Part shown: positions 1 through 11,918 of the stretch, one piece after another
How the letters are laid out: the number at the start of each line of letters is the position of its first letter
Numbering within the stretch: position 1 is the stretch's first letter
Assembly: GCA_003693705.1 (NCBI GenBank)
Contig: RBZT01000715.1
Coordinates: 1 to 55,574, forward strand
Direction of reading: 5' to 3'
DNA: 55,574 nt
Origin: Polymyxa betae A26-41
Taxonomy: Eukaryota > Protista > Endomyxa: Phytomyxea
The notes under the pieces: model-generated
What the model saw: only the letters and a program-made list of their open reading frames with translations
Databases searched by the model: none
Told to the model about the DNA's origin: nothing
Made by a program: the position numbers and the translations under genes

Positions 1-1010
1 GCGCAGTTTCCTAACTAAGCGTAGAAAGTAGCGCAGATTCATGACACGCTGCGCCATTATACTACTCATGGCTGCGCTGGAATGTTCCGTGGGGAGGCTA
101 TGACTGCGACGCACTTCTAAGGAAACTCCGTGACTGTGAAAAAGACACCCCATTAGTGCTGTAAGACCACGTCTGAAATTGTAGGGAGTTTACCGTGCCG
201 GGACTGCATCCTCCTTGTTTCCAGCCTGCTGTCTGGGGCGCAGTTCCTGGCATAAGGCTGGAATATGGAATAGAGCGTTTTGACTATAGACGACAATCGC
301 GTCAAACTGTCGATAAACAAATGGGACTTCTTTAAGCAAAGCGGCCCGATTTTTATTACGGCGCGTAAGCAAATCATTATGTCCCGGACACCATCCAGAA
401 TGTACCAGTACGGGTCGACAAAATTTTGGACGGCAAGATTTAGTCGATGGCTAGCACAACCGGCCAAATCGCATTGATAGTTTCGAGTTCAACTCTGATT
501 AATAGCGTAATTGTCTCCGATCATACAAACGATGTTAAAAAAGTCTTTGTCGTATCTCTTCAAAACCCCATAAATGATCTCTTGATGCGAATCAGCTGAC
601 AGGTTTTGGACATGGATTAATGGGGCGAACGACAGTAGAACATTATGAATCCACTCTCTTATATTGCTGCCAGGAAAAACTGTAAAAATGGCCAAGAAAT
701 GTGTTGAACTTTCTGTCCACCCATCAAAATCAATGGCGAAGCGGTTTCGGAGAATACTCTTGATCTGATCCTCCACAAATACAGTCAATTTGACAACATC
801 TTTCTGCAGGGTTTCAACACAGAAAACACAGATTAGAGGAGTCTAACGAACGTTCGGGCGCTATCTTTCTCGCATTAGTTTCAGAACAAAAGAAAATTTC
901 GCCTGATTGCATACGTGTCGAAGCAGTGAACCACAAAAACGATTTCTGGCTCGCTTAGGTCTTCTGTGAAACACAGAAAACAATGCTTTTCGTGTTCGCG
1001 CAAATATGTT
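1..1010 (-). mobile_element. Degenerate hAT-like DNA transposase (oomycete/chytrid-type), broken by stops and frameshifts
   Basis: ORF fragments 489-788 and 153-467 carry FAIDFDGWT..HFLAIF, LLSFAPL..LSADSH, IGDN and GCASHRLNLAVQ, typical of this hAT RNase H-fold family. Upstream boundary is approximate. Confidence 0.85.
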
Positions 1011-1990
1011 ATTATCATGAGCCCGAACGATAGAATGAGCAGAAACTATTGCATAGACTTGGCCGTCACTGTTTCGATAGATAAAAGGACCAATGCAGGT
1101 TTGCACACCGGAAGGGCCAACGCATCGAACGCCCGGAAAAACGTTCGGGTGGGTCTGTTGAGGACCGCGATTATCACAGTGAGGAGGTGGTGCCATGAGA
1201 CCCTCAAGTACCGGGTGCATAGCAAAACCGATAGGATGGAACCTTATGCAGGACTGCGGAACCTCCGAAAGCCCGAGGCAGCGAAGAACTTAAAATTGCA
1301 GCCTGAAGAGAGGCTTCCGTAGGATATCCTACTAAAAGAATGGCAGTTCCTTTACTAGACTCGAGATTAACAAAAGATATTGCAGTCCGAAAAGTAGACT
1401 CGGCACTTCGATTGGCGTCGTCTGGAAACTGGACATTGCTAGCCGGCTGGTGATTAATACTCCTAGCGATAATCTTGCCAGTTGATGCTAATTCGACATT
1501 GACAATTCCGGTGACTATTGCATAGGGGATGAGGCAGGCCGCCCACTGAGTCATATGTCATTTGGTCGATCTCTTCGAACTGACTATAATGGATGAGAAG
1601 CCAAGGCGGATGGGCACCGGCGTACATCATTTGCGGAAGGACCGTCAACAAGGCGTAGTGCTCGGGGACGTCCAGCCGCTGGGCCAGGTTGAGATCAGGA
1701 AGAGGATCTGAAACGAAGTCGATGATATCCTCCATTTTATCGATTTCACAATTGGAAATTGGCAGGTTGTGACTGGAGGCAGGGCGCAGCCCGAAGTGAT
1801 TCGTTACCGGACTGCGCGCAGCCAACCCGATTGCTTTTTTAGCCAGACACTCAGGCCGAACTTTCACCACGGACTTCGTCGGTAAGGAGGTGACTGGTGC
1901 TCGAAGGTTGCCTGCCACGTATCCGACCGGCGCCGATGCTCATTTCATTGACATCGTGTTTACTGTCATTTCTCCCGAAATGTCGGCATT
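1010..1990 (-). pseudogene. Frameshifted gene remnant ending in a possible trypsin-like protease N-terminal half
   Basis: Three overlapping minus-strand ORFs (1463-1918, 1204-1554, 861-1220) chain by frameshifts. The last has PGVRCVGPSG..TCIGPFIYRNSDGQVYAIVSAHSI, then runs into hAT sequence. Confidence 0.35.
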
Positions 1991-2191
1991 GCGATCTGCT
2001 GCTCCTGGAAGTGGTCGCCAAGGTCAACGAATTGGTGTGATATATTCTAAGCACCGTTTTCCGTTTGAATTGGGGGCTGCTCTGCTTACTATATCTGCGA
2101 ATAGCAATTGTTTGCTATAATAGGGCAGATATTAGGTTTTGGAGAGGTTTCGGGCTCACTCGGGGCCAGATGATTACATTTTCGGAATTTG

Positions 2192-2205
2192 TTAGGGTTT
2201 TAGGG
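2192..2205 (+). repeat. Interstitial telomere-like repeat TTAGGGTTTTAGGG
   Basis: Read directly. Confidence 0.75.
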
Positions 2206-2291
2206 CTTTGTTGAGTATGTATAGGATTAAATGAAGATTGAAATAGGGAATGATGGAAAATATAATGATAACACCGTAGAATCATGCAGAT

Positions 2292-2377
2292 TAAATCAAG
2301 GGAGGTTGGATTGGATTGAATTGAATTTACTAGTTTGTTGATTTTGTCAACGGGCGGCGCGGTAAATCAAGGGAGGT
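2292..2377 (-). mobile_element. 5'-truncated non-LTR retroposon fragment (56 bp) with (YCAAT)n tail and 15-bp TSD
   Basis: TAAATCAAGGGAGGT at 2292-2306 and 2363-2377 flanks an insert that begins TGGATTGGATTGAATTGAAT. Confidence 0.7.
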
Positions 2378-2606
2378 GTTCAAATAGGTATATAGAATAT
2401 GACATAAAAAACGCAACGAAATGTATAAAAAGTCGAGAAAATCTGCAAGAGATTCTGCGTGAGCGCAGCCCGTTGGTTGGTCCCTAAGTCAATTAAAATC
2501 AATCAATCCTGAGTTGCACCCGGATGAAATTCATGCGTTTTGTGCTGTCTGACAAGCTGGACTGGTGCAGCCGCCAGATTCAGTTCTACCGATCCGATGT
2601 TTGCCC

Positions 2607-3374
2607 ATGTCGATTTCACATGATGAGCTCAGCCAGATGGTCCAGGCCGCTCTCCTGGCCGAACACACTTTTCAGGTAGCCCTAGACGACAGACCTGTAA
2701 GACCCAGATGCGGTCGGGACTTGTCGCTGTTTTTGGCTCCTGATTCCAAGCTTACTCCCAAGATTCTGGAGATTTGGTCCAAGCGGTTGCTCCAGTTAAT
2801 GCCTGGATTCGAATCATTACTGCCGAGATACCAGAAAATGGGTTGGTTTCATTTTTTGGGCTTGTTTTACCAAAATTTGAGATATCTGAAAAATGTTTTG
2901 GTCGCAGAAATGTTTAAACTCTGAATCACTAAATTTCATGTTGTTGGACGGTTTGTCTCATTGAATAATGTTAGTAATGGTTTCGTTTTCTCACCGATCG
3001 TTTTAGAGCTGATGAACCAGAGATTTTTGAAATTGGTGCTGGCGATACTAGAAGACCGATCGTCTTCGGATCGCTTTTACATCAATAAGCTCACCAAGAA
3101 CGGGTATCTTCATCGCGCCTATGTCCGGCGAGAATGCATCGAGCCGTATGCCAAATCGCTGGCCTTCGCGATTAAGTATGTAGCCGGAGAGAGGTTTACA
3201 GCGGCTGACCAGGACGCATTGTCACGTGCCGTTTCGTTCTACATGTATTATTTGATCGAAGGGACGAAAATGGGGCGATTCGTTCTGTATGGACTCGAAG
3301 CAGAGGACGATATCAGGTCGTCTGATACGAAATGGCCAGAATGCGGGTTTAATCGCAGATCCCATGTTCACTAA
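2607..3374 (+). CDS. Divergent single-domain globin, 2 exons (intron 2842-3006)
   Basis: GT-AG splice joins YQKM-E-LMNQRF in frame. NGYLHRAYVRRECIEPYAKSLAFAIKYVAGERFTAADQDAL..YLIEG fits globin F/G/H helices with proximal His. Confidence 0.7.
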
Positions 3375-3986
3375 GAGATTTCAACCTGACTTCCTTTGTA
3401 TCTGTATAATGAATACATGCTGAACAATTCTCAATAGCTCTCTCAAAGCACCCGAGAGCTCGTTAATGCTCCCTGGCATTGCTGTTTTAACTTCAAGTTT
3501 TTGGTCGGTGCGCTCAAGCGCTCCGATCGCCTTTGAGTCGCACTATCTCTAAATTGGTTGTTTTATGATCGTAAGCCCACCGATCAAAGTATATGCCGAT
3601 ATTATTGCTGCAAATGGGTACTTTTTCAAAATTCCTCTAAGCATTCTGTGACTCAAAATGCCATAGTTGGCGTTAGTCAAGCACAAGCATGTCGTCAGCC
3701 ACGACTTATTGGACCCGGTTTTAAGAAATGCAAGATTAGAATTGCCTTCGAGAAAGAGTTGATAAACCAACGGCGAAAAATAAATTGAGAATCAATTTAG
3801 GCAAAATGAGCTCAAACTTTCCTAGCTGCGCAATCAATATGAAATTTATTCAAACTTTCCAATCATGAAATCGTTGCTCATGAGATCAATTATTGTTTGG
3901 CGACATTTCCACTGCTCAAATTCGGGAGCCAATTTCTGAGAATTCTGGAAGAAGGAGGTCCATTTTCTACGCAAGTTTCGCTGTCG

Positions 3987-5692
3987 ATGTCGTCGGCCAC
4001 GACTTTATCGTCATTAACGGCTTTGGATTGCGTCGACCGGCTTCGAGCGCTGCTGTCAGAGGCGCTGCCTGAAGATTTGGCATGGATGCACTCGATGTCG
4101 GCTGCTGGGGCCAGAATGGACCAGTCACTGGACGATTCTCGCCAGATCATATCACATCTGAAGAAGATTCTTGCTTTTAAAAAAGAGCAGCGCCCAGATA
4201 GAGCTGCTGGACTTAGAGCAGAACGAGCAAAAGTCGTAAAATCTCAATTGAATGCAAACTTTGCTGTTGTTTTTTTCTCATTTTTGCACTATTCTTGAGG
4301 AAGTTTTCTCTAAAAGCTGTGTATTAGCTTGAGCGCCAATTTCGTGAAATCAAAGAGACGATCGGCTGTTCTATCAAGAAATTCCAGAGCGTTGTCGATA
4401 AGGAAGCGCTGGTCGATCAGCGTTATCTTCCCACTACGCTTAGCTCCATCAAGAAGATCTGTGAAAAAATCGGCGGTCTCAGCTGCGATATAGACCAGTC
4501 TTCAGCGACACAGAATCGCAACGAACCTCGTTGCTTCACTATCGTCATCGGATCGGAAGGCGAGACGGCTTGCTTTGCGCTCGGTGCTGCTCATTGTTTT
4601 CGAGAGATCTCTGCTCATTGATTGTTTAGAGGCGGTTATCAGCACTGACCCTAACACAAACGTCATTACTGTCGAATCGGTCTCGACCACTTTCCAGTTT
4701 GGAGAAGACGAATGGTCAAGTGAACAGGTCCCTGCATTGAGACTTTGTCTCTTCGAAATTTTCAAACCGGTATCTAGTGCTTATTGCTTTTGTAGGTCGA
4801 TGAGGATATTCGATCGATTTTTGAGAAATACGATGCCGCGAAATTTCAGGAGAAACTTCGTAATCTGGTGAATCTGGAGAACTTGATTAACAATGCGCCC
4901 GAACCAACTGACTTTCTGTCTATTCGTGATCGAATTCGATCTGCGTTTGGTGACAACGCCATCGACTTTTTCGAAGGACCCGGCATCCGTTTCGCTCACA
5001 TCCCTGCCAATCTGATCACGAACGAACCTCCCTGCAGTTACGCGCTGCGATTCGTGAACGCCTCCGTCGTTGATAACCAGACGAGATACCATTTCAAAAT
5101 CGAGCCGGAATTACCGATGCTGTATTCCACCGCTGCTGGTCTTTACGGCTATGAATTGAAATCCTCGGAAGCGTCGTCGGGCAAATTTCCATCCCTCGCA
5201 AGTCTTATTCTCGGTCGAAACGTACGAGATAGGGTTTTTTTCTCGTTTCAGAAACAGCATATATCGTCACGGTTGTCCAGCGAGCTGCTCTCAGGGCGTG
5301 GGATTTATATCTCTGATTTGATGTTTGGCGAAGAGTGTTTTGAGCGTCTGAAAGTTCTCGTTCCGATTCTGCGAAGGCATGCGTTGTTCAATTCCCTGTT
5401 CAAGTCGTGTTTCTTTAACGAGGACAAGCTCGAACTCCAAAGACTGCATTCTTCTCCGATTCTGCTCGAAGTGAAAGAAGCCAATTCGGAACGGGGATGG
5501 ATGAGAGTTTCATCACAGAAGCCGGGCTATCTGGATCTGGACTTCGTCGTGGCTCTGGATCAATCCGGTCAAATTTCTGTTAATTTCTCAAACAGAGATG
5601 AGCGTCTGTCTGCAGATAAAGCTGCCGCGATTCTCTCCACATCGCTTTCTATTCCTGTGCTGGCATATTTCATTTATTTGGGAGAAAGATAA
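3987..5692 (+). CDS. MED1: Mediator subunit 1 (spliced, about 4 exons)
   Basis: KFQEKLRNLVNLENL, LVPILRRHALFNSLFKSCF and terminal AAILSTSLSIPVL resemble conserved Med1-domain blocks, in the expected order. Confidence 0.7.
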
Positions 5693-5919
5693 GATAAACT
5701 CATCCTGATGATTTCCTGTGACTGTTCGCTGTCATCGCGCAATTCATTTTCCGTAGGGAGTTTGGCACTCCAGCACTGCGCAGTTTCTGTTCTCGAGCAG
5801 AGCGCACTTTTGTAATCTCGCGCAGATTACGTTGATTGCAGTGTCGCATTTTCTGTATATTCACTGCCTGCCTGCTCGAATCCTGGTCAGTAGTCACTCG
5901 ATTCACTCGACGACAGCCG

Positions 5920-8900
5920 ATGTCGGACCCGACGTTGGACTTTGATGTCCTGTCGATGCTCGCCAAAAACCCCGATGCAATTGCTGCTTCTGCACCGGTT
6001 TCCTTCGCACCGCCGGGTCCGGCAAATGTCAAGCACGAGGAAGTCGAGGGCCAAGGGCAGCAGAACCTTGATGATTCTGCCCTTGCCGTTATTGACCAAT
6101 GGACCGAAAAATCGGAGAAAGAAGAAGCGATGGATCAATGGACAGCGCTGAATGCCACCATGCCGTCTCCACAACAGGTCTATTTAAACATGAAATCTTC
6201 GGTTTAAGTTAATATGTCTGTTAAGGCATCAATGAATGTTATATTCTATGTATTTTGGGACTTTGAGACGAAATTCTAATTCTTTGAACTGGCTCTCTCT
6301 ACTACAAGTTTGTTTTCATATTTCAGGTTAGCTTTTAGCATTATCCATAGTTTTAGGTATTCTAGAATTTATCCACATTTTCCTTAGATTCATTTTAGGA
6401 AGCGAATTCAGAGACGGTGACAGATTTCGATTCAGCCATGGATGCGGTTGAGAAATGGACTCAAGAAGAAGAGGATGATGCCGATGATCAAGACACGACA
6501 ACGCCTTCACCACGAAGCGAAGAAGGCTCTGAATTGAGTGTCCCAACAGTAGCTACAATGGTTACTCTGGCAACCGCTAATCCTGAGCCAGAAAAACAGG
6601 CTCAGGTATGTCATGCTTTGGGATCGGTTCCCGTTTGCCCTGTTTGCGTTCAGTTGATAACAAGTTTTGTAGGAAATTGAGCGGCTAAGAAGCGCTCTTG
6701 TACAGGCTCAGCAAGAGATTGAAGCGCTTGAAACTTCAACAAATCTATACAGGTCTTAGATTCCTCTCGATTGTTTCTGTTGGCCTTTCAGCTTATCGAC
6801 GCTATAGAATGCAACTGAAACAAGCGAAGGAAATGCAAAGGGTCAGATCGCTTGAAGTAGAGCAGGTTAAATGCACCAATGATCAAGCGTTAGAGCAGGC
6901 TTTACAGGTCCAGGCTCAGTTGCAAACTGTGAGAAATTTTTATCTTTTAGTGCTTTTATCCAGGTTTCTATTACCTATCGTTTTCTTTAACTAATCGCAC
7001 GTTGTATCTAGGCGCTGTCGACTGCTCAAGACAATCTTATCCAATTGAAAGCTATTGTCGATACGAGAGAGCAAGAGCTTATTGTAATGCTTTTTCCATG
7101 TTTAAATTGGCCTTTTTTCATTCAAATTGGTAGAAACTGAAGCTTGACAATCACGAATATCCAAGCAAAATCTTGAAACTGCAGGTTTGCTTACTCGCTG
7201 TTTCGCCGTCCGTAAACCTGATTGCTTCACAGACCGAACTTGAAACCGAAAGGGCAAAGTTCAAGACTCTTGTGGATAGGTTTAATTCCGTTAAAGAACT
7301 GGTGCGTTTAACGGTTCTTTTTTCAATGTTCCCCTCTTTTTCTGTCGTAATCTGATTAATCATGAATGCATCTTAATGTTCACGTTAGGAGCTACATAGA
7401 CAGAAGCAAAAAATTTTGGCTGTTTCGGCCCAGCAAAAAGATGTCTTCGATCGGCTTCATAGTAAATATACAGAAACGATTCAGATCGCCAAATCGCATG
7501 CTGAGCAAATTGCTCAATTGCAACAGCAGCTTGCTGCTAAAGATAAGGAAATTGGAAAGGTCCATGCTCTCTTCAATCAAGCCAGGCAAGAAATCGCAAA
7601 TGAGAGGGCCAAATTCCTACAGCTCAAATCGTCTTATGATAACCTCAAGGTAAACTTCGTTGTTTTGCAAGCTTCTGCTTTATGGCGCCTTCACTTCTGT
7701 CCAATGTCATTAAATATGTCGATAGTCCGATTTCGACAAAGAATGTGCAAATAAGCAAGCTGTAATCAGCGAGATCGAGCAAAAGCTGCAGAGCACAGAA
7801 TCGGAAGTGAGGTCCATGAAGGAAAGAGAGCAAGAGTTGCAGAAAATGCAATGCTATTTCGACTGTGCGCATAACAACGAGCCTGAGGTTTTTGTAGAGA
7901 GCGTTTTATTTTCGAACTGCTCATGACGGGTTCAGATTGGTGACGATATTCGAGTGCTAACACAAGATTGTGGTGACGTAACATCTTACCAATGGTTTCG
8001 TGCCGCTTCTGTTGGCTCTGTTTATCAAAGTTAGTGAACTGATCTATTTTTTGCAGAATTTTGAGCTATGTTTTTCTGTAGTGATCGAAGATCAGAATCG
8101 GGAAGTGTATACAGCAACAGCCGATGATCTTGGTCGTGTTCTAAAGTTGACTTTGGCAAATTCAGCTGGTCTAAGCATCTCCGCTGAGATTGGTCCCATT
8201 GCTCTGCCTGCCGAAATGGCACCAAAGATCCATGAATACCTTCTGTTCAAGAAGGAGATCGAGTTTGCTGTCAAAGGTTCCACGTCAGCATCCAAAAACG
8301 TATTTCAGACCAACTGTGTTAATTCGTCGAACTAATTAGTGTCAACCAGGGTCGAACCATTCTTCTTACAAAAGATAAGGCGAAACTTCGTGAGGGAAAG
8401 GCAACTCTAGTCAAGGAGCAGTATGGCCCGAATGTTTCCGTCGCTCTAGATCCTGCTGATGACACGAAGTAAGCAAGTTCGAAGCTTATGCGTCATATCA
8501 ACAATATTGCAGATTTACGCTCAAGCTCGGTACCAGTCCTGTTCAGTATGAGTTATTCGCAAATTCTGCTTCTGTCAGGAACATGATCGCGCTGGTTGTT
8601 CGTGGAATCAATTACATCGTCACCACAAAACAGCCTTATAAAGAGAAGGAGCCCAACGTCGGCTTCATACAATACCTTCTTAGCGTTATGTCCCAAAGGT
8701 AATTTGATTTGTCCATCTGTGTCATTTCTGATGATGCAAATAACCAGGACCGCTGAGACAAACTTCGTTGGTCACAAAAGCAGATTGAGCCAGATGGGTT
8801 CATTCTCACAGAAGTTCCCCTCCCATCAGGGTCGATCAAATCTGACGGAACATCCATCAATCTCTAGGCATGCCTCCACTGAATTCAGGGGTCCGCAAGA

Positions 8901-9476
8901 TGCTCCTAGCTCACGGTCGATGTCCCTTAGACCCACTAATGAGGAAGAACAAATCGAATATGACGCTGATGGGTATTTCCGATTTCGTTTGGCTTCCGAT
9001 ATCTGTGTTATTTTCGTATTCTACTGTTGCATATTTTTAAGTTCCAGCGTTCATCAACGTTTGCTGTTTTAGGTACATTATCAGAAGAGATATTGATGAG
9101 AAAGCTGTTGGAGGCAAAGTGGGAAATGAACTTGAGGACGAAGACCAACAAGGCCCATCAATCCCGCCCATTGTGATAAAGCCTAAAAACGAAGCTGTAA
9201 TATCTATTTTTTCTTGAGATTATGCCATTGCGTTAGTTTGAGTCTACACCGATTATTCCGCATGGCAGAGCAAGCTATTTAATTAGATTTCAGGTTGAAT
9301 CAACACCCGAGGAACTCTCTAGGGCGGCTTTAAAATTCGACAAGCCTCCGACAGCATCTACATCTAAACCAAAGCCGGCTATCTCCGAAGATAAGCCCAA
9401 AAAGAAGAAAAAGAAAGAGAAACCGGATGAACCTACAATAGAGATTTCAGCATCATCATCCCCAGTGACAACATGA
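5920..9476 (+). CDS. Multi-exon coiled-coil protein with SCAB-like Ig and PH domains and a C-terminal FCHo-like motif
   Basis: Exons encode a long Q/E/K-rich coiled coil, then YTATADDLGRVLKL..IGPI (Ig-like) and KAKLREGKATLVKEQY..FANSASVRNMIALVVR (PH-like), then an acidic/basic tail. Stop TGA at 9474-9476. Confidence 0.65.
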
Positions 9477-9695
9477 TTTACCAATGAATGTTGTATCTAA
9501 TATTCTCATTCATACCCTCTGCATTTAATAATTCCACAAATGAATTTCCTAATATATCTGCAACAGATTTGATTTAAAGGTGTCATACTTCATTTGCCGT
9601 GTCGATTGTAATAACCTCCGACTGTGAACATTCTGCGTTGTTCAGACAATTTTGTACATGACGGCAAAGAAAGCGCAAGCTGTAGATATTAGAAT

Positions 9696-11285
9696 TCAGG
9701 CAGAATGGTGAATACCCGCATAATTCCGGGTCTTGCCATGGAATGAACTTCTCTTGCCAGCAAGCCGCCTTTGTAGGCGTGGCAGAAAATCATAGAATGA
9801 GTAACAGTCAGACAAATATGGCAAATACGTATCAGACTGTGAAAAAACAGCACCGCTCCCTGCAAGATGTATTCCTGATGGCATTCGAATTTTTAACCCA
9901 GAGGAGAAGGTGTTCTTCGGTTTGATGACCATATTACGAACGCATGTATGAACATTTCTTTGTAACTCATTCAAAATACACAGATTTGGCATGGATGCCT
10001 TTGCTGCAGAACAGAACGCCAGAATATCCACGAATTCATCAACAAGTATTCCATTGGAGCAGTCTCTTAGAACGAAAAGCTTATCATAAAATACCCTTCT
10101 CTTGCAATCACGTAAAACGTAAAGCATGCTAAGGATCAAATTGAGATACGACTTGATCACGATGGCGGCCTTAGGATAAGCGGCACAGTTAAATGCCACC
10201 ATCTTGAAAGATAGCAAGAATGCCGAGATTAGCTTCTCCAACGAAACATCGGGACAAAATAGCAACGCCTTGATTACATCTGAATGGAATACTCTCGATG
10301 CTGCAGATTCTTGAGCAGCTACCAGAACAGAACAGCATTGATGAAATAGATGCAAGGTGAACAGATTCGCCTTTCGAGGGGTATTTAAGATCAAGAGTGC
10401 AATTGGCGTTCTCAAATGAACTCGCTCAAGTAGTCTTGCAGTCTGTTCGATGGGTATCCAATCAGGACACTCTTCTCCATTCCACTGACCTGTAGCAATC
10501 TAAGTCAAAAAGCCACAAGAAGTAATGAAACCAAGATGAAACTGAGCCAAGACAAAATGTGTGAGAAGTGAATAGAAAACGGTAGCTGGTCGTGTAGTAC
10601 CTGACAGTGCCGGCAATGGACATTCGGCAGAATTGATGATGACAATCAATCTTTGCGGGTGTAGCCTTGTATGAATAAATGAGAAACATTCCAGGAAATC
10701 ATTCTCGTCCAATTTATGTGCGATTTTTTCTTGGATATCAATTCGTTCTATACCTCCTACTCTGACTTCTCTGGAATTCTGTGATAAAGTTACAATTGCA
10801 ACATGACTTTTGAGGTTTCCCAAATCGGGGATTTCATTGAAATCGCCATCGGGCGAGAACACGAAGATGCACCAAATTATGCCCTCAGCAATCGGTTTTG
10901 GTGGACAGTCCACAGGGAAGTGATGGTCTTTGAACATCACCTTCAAACGAGCATTCTCCATTTTTGCTCCCGATTCTTTTGCCAGTTCCAAACAAGACTG
11001 TGGCAACCACCCAATCTCGTCAGTACGGCAGTTCTTCACGAATACCCAATCCTTCTTCTCAGGGCATACCGCAGACACAAGTTCGCCCAAGCCGATTCTG
11101 AAACGCTCTGATTTGATGTCAAATAGCGTCCTGCAGAGCCAGCGTTCACTGCTGGAATCATTCTGAGGCTGGCTCTGCGACTTGGATTCGTGTCTCCGGA
11201 ACGACACCAGGACCCATGAGGCAGCCACAACGAATAGAATGACGACGTATGGATCAGGAGACAGCAGCTGCCATTGCGAGATCAT
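9696..11285 (-). CDS. N-terminal TM + SH3 protein with a possible degenerate PTP/DSP-like region (spliced)
   Basis: Hydrophobic YVVILFVVAASWVLVSF, then SH3 signature CRTLFD..DWVFVKN..EIGWLPQSCL. ORF 10500-11285 can splice into the frame of ORF 9696-10415. Confidence 0.6.
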
Positions 11286-11805
11286 GAAGCTATGAAGCCA
11301 ACCAGAAACGAAGGACGACTGAAGAGGTCGCGCCGACTCATCGCTTTCACTTCATTTGAATGAGCACAAAGGAGCTCGTATATCGTCGTCTGTCGAGAGC
11401 GCGTTCGATATTGACAAGAGGAGTCTGTAGCAGGATCCTCATGATAGTTCGTTTAATGCCAGACCCCGTTTGTAAAATAATATAACTCGGCTTCGCGGTG
11501 ATATAACCGGCCCGAGGGTATTAATTCTGTTGGTATTGCAGGAAAAACAGAACCCATCCAAAGATATTGCTGTAATCTCTATGCCAATTCCTCCATTTGT
11601 TCAACCACCCAACATCATCAGTCTCCGCATCATCAAGCGAAATTGAAAATCATACTCCAAATATGGTTGACTGACGGCAAACGGATCACTGTTAAAAAAG
11701 TCAAAAACGACGAAAAATGCGTGGCGCAAAAAGAGTGCAGTCGGCATGATTAGCGTACTTTAAAGTGATAAAATCAGGGTTTGTGCGTTCGGGGCCACTA
11801 GCGCG

Positions 11806-11840
11806 GCCTCAAATTCAAAAATAAATTTTTAATTTGAGGC
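11806..11840. repeat. Near-perfect palindrome/hairpin
   Basis: GCCTCAAATT-C-AAAAAT-AA-ATTTTT-AATTTGAGGC. Confidence 0.7.
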
Positions 11841-11918
11841 AAGTTTTCGGTTCAAGACTGCCATCATTAAAACACTGTGTTTTTCCAGCAAACGCTTTCG
11901 AGTCACGACGACTCTCTC

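Noticed and set aside
8455-8469. CTGATGACACGAAG hammerhead-like string
   Set aside because: Lies in a coding exon at a splice donor, with no supporting stems.
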